From a candidate division WOR-3 bacterium (lineage in GTDB: Bacteria; Hydrothermota; Tepidihabitantia; Tepidihabitantales; Tepidihabitantaceae), in the NCBI GenBank assembly GCA_965648905.1, contig CBFGIT010000042.1, forward strand, positions 1 through 20,852: a stretch of DNA of 20,852 nt. The letters run 5' to 3'. Below the pieces are notes generated by a model. The model was not told the DNA's origin, made no database searches, and saw only the letters and a list, made by a program, of their open reading frames with translations. A program made the position numbers and the translations under genes. Shown in pieces: positions 15,464 to 20,852 of this stretch; the first letter of the stretch is position 1, and every line of letters starts with the position of its first letter.

Positions 15464-17347
15464 ATGCGCCCGGAAAGATTCGACGTCATCGTGGTCGGCG
15501 GCGGCCATGCCGGCTGCGAGGCCGCGCTGGCTGCGGCCCGTATGGGCTCTTCGACCCTGCTCGTCACCCAGAACCTCGACACCATCGGCTCAACCTCGTG
15601 CAACCCGGCGATCGGCGGGGTCGGCAAGGGCCAGCTCGTGCGCGAGCTCGACGCACTCGGCGGCGCAATGGCACGCATTGCCGACTCAGCCATTATTCAC
15701 TACCGGCAACTGAACACGAGCAAAGGCCGGGCCCTCCGCTCCACGCGGGTCCAGATTGACCGGTCGCGCTATCGCAACCTGATGAAGTCCGAAATCGAGA
15801 CCTGCCCGAACCTGACCGTCTTTCAGGGAACTGCGGCGCGTGTCCTCGTCCGGGGCCGCACCTGTCTCGGCATCGAAACCGAGCTCGGCGAGCAGTTCCT
15901 CAGCCGTACGGTCGTCCTGGCGCCCGGCACGTTTCTCGCCGGCAAGGTTCACATCGGCCTTACGAGCTTCCCCGCAGGCCGGCTCGGCGAGGCTCCGGCC
16001 AACCTGCTCAGTCGCAACCTGAAAGCGCTCGGGTTCCGACTCGGCCGGTTCAAGACTGGCACGCCGCCGCGCCTCGACATCCGTTCCGTTAGCCTGAAGA
16101 GACTCGAACTTCAACACGGCGACGAACCAGTCCGGCCCTTCTCCTTCTGGACCAGAGAGCCACCGGAAAACCAGGTCTCCTGCTTCGTTACCTGGACCAA
16201 CCGCAGGACCCACGAGATCGTTCGAGCCGGACTCAAGTCCTCGCCGCTCTACACCGGCGTCATCAAAGCCCGAGGCGTCCGTTACTGCCCCTCGATTGAA
16301 GACAAGGTTGTCAAGTTCGCTACTCAGGAACGGCACCACATCTTCCTTGAACCGGAAGGCACGAACACGGTCGAGTGCTACCCCAACGGCATCTCGACCA
16401 GCCTGCCGGTTCCGCTCCAGCTCGAACTCCTTCACTCGATTGCCGGGCTTGAGCATTGCCGGATGATGCGGCCCGGGTACGCGATTGAACACGACTACTC
16501 AGACCCGACCCAGCTCTATCCCACCCTTGAGACCAGACTGGTGAAGAACCTCTACTTTGCCGGCCAGCTCAACGGCACGACCGGCTACGAAGAAGCCGCG
16601 GCCCAGGGGTTTGTTGCCGGTGTCAACGCTGCCCTACGGGTGCGCGAGGAAGAACCGCTCCTGCTCAGTCGGACTGACTCCTACATCGGCGTCATGATTG
16701 ACGACCTCATCACGCAGGGAACCGACGAGCCCTACCGGATGTTCACGGCCCGGGTTGAGTTCCGGCTGCTGCTGCGCGAAGACAACGCAGCTCTGCGTCT
16801 GGCCGGGCACGGCCGAAGACTCGGCCTCATCTCCCCTCGCCAGCTCGACCAGGTCAAACAACAGCAGCGGTCAATCAAGGCGGCCCTTGACTGGCTCTCT
16901 CGCGCCCGGATTCGGGCTAGTACGCGCGTCAACCGGCTGCTGCGCAAACTCAGCACCACCTCGATACACGAATCCATCCCGCCGATTGAACTCCTGCGTC
17001 GACCCGAAGTCGGCTGGGCCGCGCTCGACAAGCTCTCCCGGACTGCGGACAGCACTGCGCCTGCGCCCGAACTTTCAGCCCCGCTTGCCGAGACGGTTGA
17101 GCTTGAAGTCAAGTACCAGGGCTACATCGAACGCACCCAGCGTCAGCTTGCCGAGTTTGCCCGGCTCGAACAGCTCAGGATTCCGGCCCGGCTCGACTAT
17201 GCGAATGTCCCGGGGCTTTCGACCGAAGTCCGGGAAAAGCTCATCCGGGTCCAGCCGGTAACAATCGGTCAGGCCCAGCGGGTTCCGGGCATGACTCCGG
17301 CAGCGGTCTTCTCCCTGCTTGTCTACCTGCGGGGCCGACGGTCATGA
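15464..17347 (+). CDS. mnmG: tRNA uridine-5-carboxymethylaminomethyl(34) synthesis enzyme MnmG (GidA)
   Basis: Start at ATG 15464 (MRPERFDVIVVGGGHAGCEAA). Motifs SCNPAIGG, RFKTGTPPR, RYCPSIEDK, GQLNGTTGYEEAAAQG and EPYRMFT. Confidence 0.97.
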   Translation: MRPERFDVIVVGGGHAGCEAALAAARMGSSTLLVTQNLDTIGSTSCNPAIGGVGKGQLVRELDALGGAMARIADSAIIHYRQLNTSKGRALRSTRVQIDRSRYRNLMKSEIETCPNLTVFQGTAARVLVRGRTCLGIETELGEQFLSRTVVLAPGTFLAGKVHIGLTSFPAGRLGEAPANLLSRNLKALGFRLGRFKTGTPPRLDIRSVSLKRLELQHGDEPVRPFSFWTREPPENQVSCFVTWTNRRTHEIVRAGLKSSPLYTGVIKARGVRYCPSIEDKVVKFATQERHHIFLEPEGTNTVECYPNGISTSLPVPLQLELLHSIAGLEHCRMMRPGYAIEHDYSDPTQLYPTLETRLVKNLYFAGQLNGTTGYEEAAAQGFVAGVNAALRVREEEPLLLSRTDSYIGVMIDDLITQGTDEPYRMFTARVEFRLLLREDNAALRLAGHGRRLGLISPRQLDQVKQQQRSIKAALDWLSRARIRASTRVNRLLRKLSTTSIHESIPPIELLRRPEVGWAALDKLSRTADSTAPAPELSAPLAETVELEVKYQGYIERTQRQLAEFARLEQLRIPARLDYANVPGLSTEVREKLIRVQPVTIGQAQRVPGMTPAAVFSLLVYLRGRRS

Positions 17348-18009
17348 ACCCGGCCTCGTCTCTTCGTCAACTCGCTCTCGAACACGGCGCGGTTGGGTTC
17401 GGCATTGCCCGGCTGGCCGACCTCGCGACCGAGGACTTTCTTCTACCCCGGGCCGTGCTCGACCAACTGCCCATTGCGGTCAGCCTGGCCCTGCCGCTCC
17501 AGCGTACGGTCTTAGCGACGCTTGAGGGCCGGCCCAACCAGCTCTACGAGCACCACTACCGGCAGACCAACTTCGCCCTTGACCGGCTTGCCCTGGCGCT
17601 TGCCCGGCATATCACCGAACTGGGCGGTCAGGCCCTGCCGATACCAGCCTCACAGATTGTTGACTGGCAGACTCAGCGCGGCCACCTCTCGCACAAGCGG
17701 ATTGCTGCTGCTGCTGGTCTGGGCTGGATTGGTCGCAACAACCTGCTCGTCACACCTGGTCACAGGGCTTCGGTTCGGCTGGTCACGGTACTGACTGACC
17801 TTGCGCTCGACCCGACCCCGGCGCTGCGCCGCGACTGCAACTCCTGTCGGGCCTGCATCAATGCGTGTCCGGCCCATGCGATTGGCGAGACTGCGGCCGA
17901 CTTCCGCCACCTTGACTGCTTCGCTCAGCTCAAAGAGTTCCAGCGCTCCCGTTACGTCAGCCAGTACGTCTGCGGCCTGTGTGTTCAGGCCTGCTCCGGC
18001 CTGATTTGA
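17344..18009 (+). CDS. Short QueG/reductive-dehalogenase-like 4Fe-4S dicluster protein (221 aa)
   Basis: SHKRIAAAAGLGWIGRNNLL, VRLVTVLTD, CxxCxxCxxxCP, then C...CGLCVQAC. ATGA overlap with mnmG. Confidence 0.8.
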   Translation: MNPASSLRQLALEHGAVGFGIARLADLATEDFLLPRAVLDQLPIAVSLALPLQRTVLATLEGRPNQLYEHHYRQTNFALDRLALALARHITELGGQALPIPASQIVDWQTQRGHLSHKRIAAAAGLGWIGRNNLLVTPGHRASVRLVTVLTDLALDPTPALRRDCNSCRACINACPAHAIGETAADFRHLDCFAQLKEFQRSRYVSQYVCGLCVQACSGLI

Positions 18010-18033
18010 CAGACCGGCCCGGCCCGCTATCAT
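18006..18033 (+). promoter_or_regulatory. Sigma70-type promoter for the large surface protein
   Basis: TTGACA (18006-18011, overlapping the upstream stop), 16 bp, TATCAT (18028-18033). Confidence 0.55.
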
Positions 18034-18141
18034 GTCACAGGTCTGTACCTGCCCGGCCGGGAATGGCTGCCGGGCCGTGCTGAGGCCTTTGTCTCGCACG
18101 CACACATGCCATTCAAACCACAAGACTCAAAGGAGGCATAA

Positions 18142-20852
18142 ATGGCTACTAGAGCCAGGGCGGGAACCGGTATCCTCGGACTGCTGGTCCTCGCCTCCGT
18201 ACTCGTGACCGGTCCGGCATGGGCCGTGGACTACGTCAGCAATCAGACCGGTAACTGGTCTGACACGCTGACCTGGACCCCGCGTGGCGTCCCGGCCCAG
18301 ACCGACAACGTCACGATAAACCACTCGGTGACCAACGACATTGCGTCCGCGGTCAACAACATCACTATCGGTTCAACCGGCACGTTTGTCCAGTCTTCAG
18401 CTTCCTGCTCGCTCCAGGTCTGGGGCAACTGGACCAACAACGGCACGGTCAACATCACCAACGGCCCGGTCAAGTTCAGGGGTTCGACGAACAACACCAT
18501 CGGCGGGTCGAACGCGACCACCTTCTACCTGGTCCGCTGTCAGAAGAGCACGGTCTCCTGCTCGCTGTTCCTCGCCGCCGCGGTGACGATCTCGGCCAAC
18601 AACACCTATGCTCTGCACATCGACACCGGCACGGTCGTTACCAACGGCCGCAACCTGACTGTGAATGGCGGCACCAGTGCCCGGGTCACCGGCGGTGCTG
18701 GTGCGCGCAGCCGACTGGTCTGCAACGGCGGCTCAGTCGTCAGCGTCAACTACATCTACGGCTGGTCGGTCAACGTCTCGGTCCATAACCCCTCAACCGT
18801 AGTCAACGTCACCACCCAGTGGGACGTGGTCAACTCGGGCCAGCGGGTTGACATCACTGCCGGCACGGTCAACATCCTCGGCACCGCGGCAACCAGCCTG
18901 CGCCTGCTGACCAACAACTCCGGCTGGGGCTGGTTCATGTATGGCGGCACGCTCAACCTCTCGGGCGGCATCACCACTTCAATCGGCGCGTGGTTCACCG
19001 CCACCGACTCATCCAAAGTCTGCTTTGTCGGTACGAGTGCGGCCACCGTGCTCCTGATGAGCGGCACGTCAAGCTACAACCGATGGGTCCTGAACGACTT
19101 AAGAATCCAGAAGACCGGCTCGAACGCGGTCGTAACCTGCACCACTGCGTCCGGCCCGGTCGGTGGCAACGTCACCGCGCTCGTAGGACTGACGGTCAAC
19201 TCAGGCAATACGCTTCGACTTGCCGGCTCATTCCGCTCCGACTCCGGCTATGTCTTCGGCAACGTGACGAACAACGGCACGATTGTCATGAACAACGTGT
19301 CCGAAGGCAAGCACATCACGGTCAACGGCACGTTCACCAACTCCGGCACGTTCAACCTCGGGCCCCGGGTCCTGCGGCTCGGGACCGCTTCTGCCGCCGG
19401 CACTGTGACCAATACTTCCGGTGCAACCTTCTCCGCGGTTGGAACCAGTGCGACCGATACTGCAACCGTGATTGCGGTCTCGTCCTCCTATCCGTATGCG
19501 TTCACGGTCCAGTCCGGCGCAACGATTGCTGCCCGCTATGCTCGGTTCCAGTGGATGAACACCTCAGGCATCAACGTCGCTTCGGGTGCGACGGTCCACT
19601 CGACCGACAACTTCTCGAACTGCACATTCGAGCACGGCTCGATTACCGGCCCGATGCTCAAGCTCGAGAACAGCCAGAATATCTCGATGAACGAGGTCAA
19701 CTTCTACGCCACAGCCGGGTACAACATCGAGAAGCTCGCCAATGTAGGCTGGGATTCGGTCATGGGCGGGCTCGGTAACCGCTGGGGTTCAGCCTATGAA
19801 AACGACCCGAACGGCCGCGTCTACTGGGAACCGCCCGGGGACGTCGGCGTCACCCGCATCATCGCACCGGTTGACACCATCCTCTACGGCACGGTCGTCA
19901 CTCCGCGTGCCGTGGTCAAGAACTTCGGACCGGTGAACAAGCCGTTCTGGGTCAGGTTCGACATCGGCACGGTCTACAACGACACCCAGTATGTTGCCAG
20001 CCTGGCGCCAGGCGACTCGGTCACGGTCAACTTCACGAACTGGACCGCGACCACCGGCGGACTCCTCGCGACCAAGTGCTCGACCCGGCTGCGCGGGGAC
20101 GGCAACAGCGCCAACGACAAGGCCTCCGGCTCGTGCTTCGTGCTGATTATCGTTGACGTCGGTGTGACCCAGATTATCCAGCCGGCTGCCGGCTCATCAG
20201 TCGACTCCGGCGTCGCGATCGCACCCCAGGTGGAGGTGAAGAACTACGGCTCACTGGCCGCCAACTTCAACACCACCCTGCGCATCCCGCCCTACAGCAA
20301 CACCCGGGTCGTCACCAATCTCCAGCCCGAGTCAACCCGCATCGTCACCGGTTTCACCAACTGGATTCCGCGCGTGCGCGGCTGGAACGTCATGACCTGC
20401 ACGACGTCGCTCACCGGCGATATGAACAACGCCAACGACTTCAAACGCGAGAGCGTCTTTGTCCTCGTGCATGACGTCGGTGCACGGGTGATTGTCGCGC
20501 CGACCGGCACGCTGGTTCCTGGTCCGGTAACTCCGACCTGCACCATGACCAACTACGGCAACACGGTTGAGCCGACCTGGGCCTACTTTGCGGTCTGGCA
20601 GGGCGCGACTCAGGTCTGGTTTGACAGCGTCAGTCTCGCGGGCTGGCAGGGCGACACGCTGGTTCAGTTCGGTACGTACAATGCCGGCGCCGGTGCGTTC
20701 ACGACCGCGTTCTGGACTGCGCTCGGCACTGACCTGGTTCGCGCCAACGACACGGTGCGCGGCAGCTTCATGACCGGCACGGTCGACATGGAGGTGACCG
20801 CGATCACTGCGCCGACCGGCGCAATCGACACCGCGGCCACGGTTACGCCCGC
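18142..20852 (+). CDS. Large secreted/surface protein, 3'-truncated (>903 aa): beta-helix-like N-terminal region plus tandem CARDB/Ig-like domains
   Basis: SD AAGGAGG and ATG 18142, signal peptide ending GPAWA, then GNWSDTLTW..GVP and T/N/G/V-rich strands. DVG-type repeats start at 19840, 20155, 20473 and 20785. No in-frame stop before the window end, which explains its absence from the ORF track. Confidence 0.92.
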   Translation, partial: MATRARAGTGILGLLVLASVLVTGPAWAVDYVSNQTGNWSDTLTWTPRGVPAQTDNVTINHSVTNDIASAVNNITIGSTGTFVQSSASCSLQVWGNWTNNGTVNITNGPVKFRGSTNNTIGGSNATTFYLVRCQKSTVSCSLFLAAAVTISANNTYALHIDTGTVVTNGRNLTVNGGTSARVTGGAGARSRLVCNGGSVVSVNYIYGWSVNVSVHNPSTVVNVTTQWDVVNSGQRVDITAGTVNILGTAATSLRLLTNNSGWGWFMYGGTLNLSGGITTSIGAWFTATDSSKVCFVGTSAATVLLMSGTSSYNRWVLNDLRIQKTGSNAVVTCTTASGPVGGNVTALVGLTVNSGNTLRLAGSFRSDSGYVFGNVTNNGTIVMNNVSEGKHITVNGTFTNSGTFNLGPRVLRLGTASAAGTVTNTSGATFSAVGTSATDTATVIAVSSSYPYAFTVQSGATIAARYARFQWMNTSGINVASGATVHSTDNFSNCTFEHGSITGPMLKLENSQNISMNEVNFYATAGYNIEKLANVGWDSVMGGLGNRWGSAYENDPNGRVYWEPPGDVGVTRIIAPVDTILYGTVVTPRAVVKNFGPVNKPFWVRFDIGTVYNDTQYVASLAPGDSVTVNFTNWTATTGGLLATKCSTRLRGDGNSANDKASGSCFVLIIVDVGVTQIIQPAAGSSVDSGVAIAPQVEVKNYGSLAANFNTTLRIPPYSNTRVVTNLQPESTRIVTGFTNWIPRVRGWNVMTCTTSLTGDMNNANDFKRESVFVLVHDVGARVIVAPTGTLVPGPVTPTCTMTNYGNTVEPTWAYFAVWQGATQVWFDSVSLAGWQGDTLVQFGTYNAGAGAFTTAFWTALGTDLVRANDTVRGSFMTGTVDMEVTAITAPTGAIDTAATVTP

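Noticed and set aside
18990..19778. 262-aa Arg/His-rich ORF
   Set aside because: Off-frame reading of the real 18142 gene.

Overview
GC-rich bacterial chromosomal window. The C-terminal module on its secreted proteins suggests a WOR-3-like or FCB-related lineage, which is an inference. From left to right it holds: two large secreted proteins sharing a near-identical C-terminal sorting-type module (a multidomain alpha-barrel/Ig-like protein and a ~14-repeat beta-propeller-like protein); a ~520 bp structured intergenic region with a heptamer array; miaB, lapA-like, lapB-like and mutS; a convergent minus-strand signalling operon (65-aa protein, CHASE4 histidine kinase, His-less pseudo-kinase paralogue, stand-alone receiver); a ~620 bp control region; a hypothetical membrane protein; mnmG with a short QueG-like Fe-S protein; and a >900-aa surface protein that runs off the window and is missing from the ORF track. 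The most unusual items are four. First, the control region has back-to-back promoters flanked by a 13-bp inverted repeat, each followed by a short ORF and a hairpin. Second, the operon pairs a kinase with a pseudo-kinase. Third, a DNA palindrome sits in-frame inside a C-terminal module. Fourth, D-[S/T]-hydrophobic motifs are strongly enriched in exported proteins. All calls and counts were made by eye, with no database searches.
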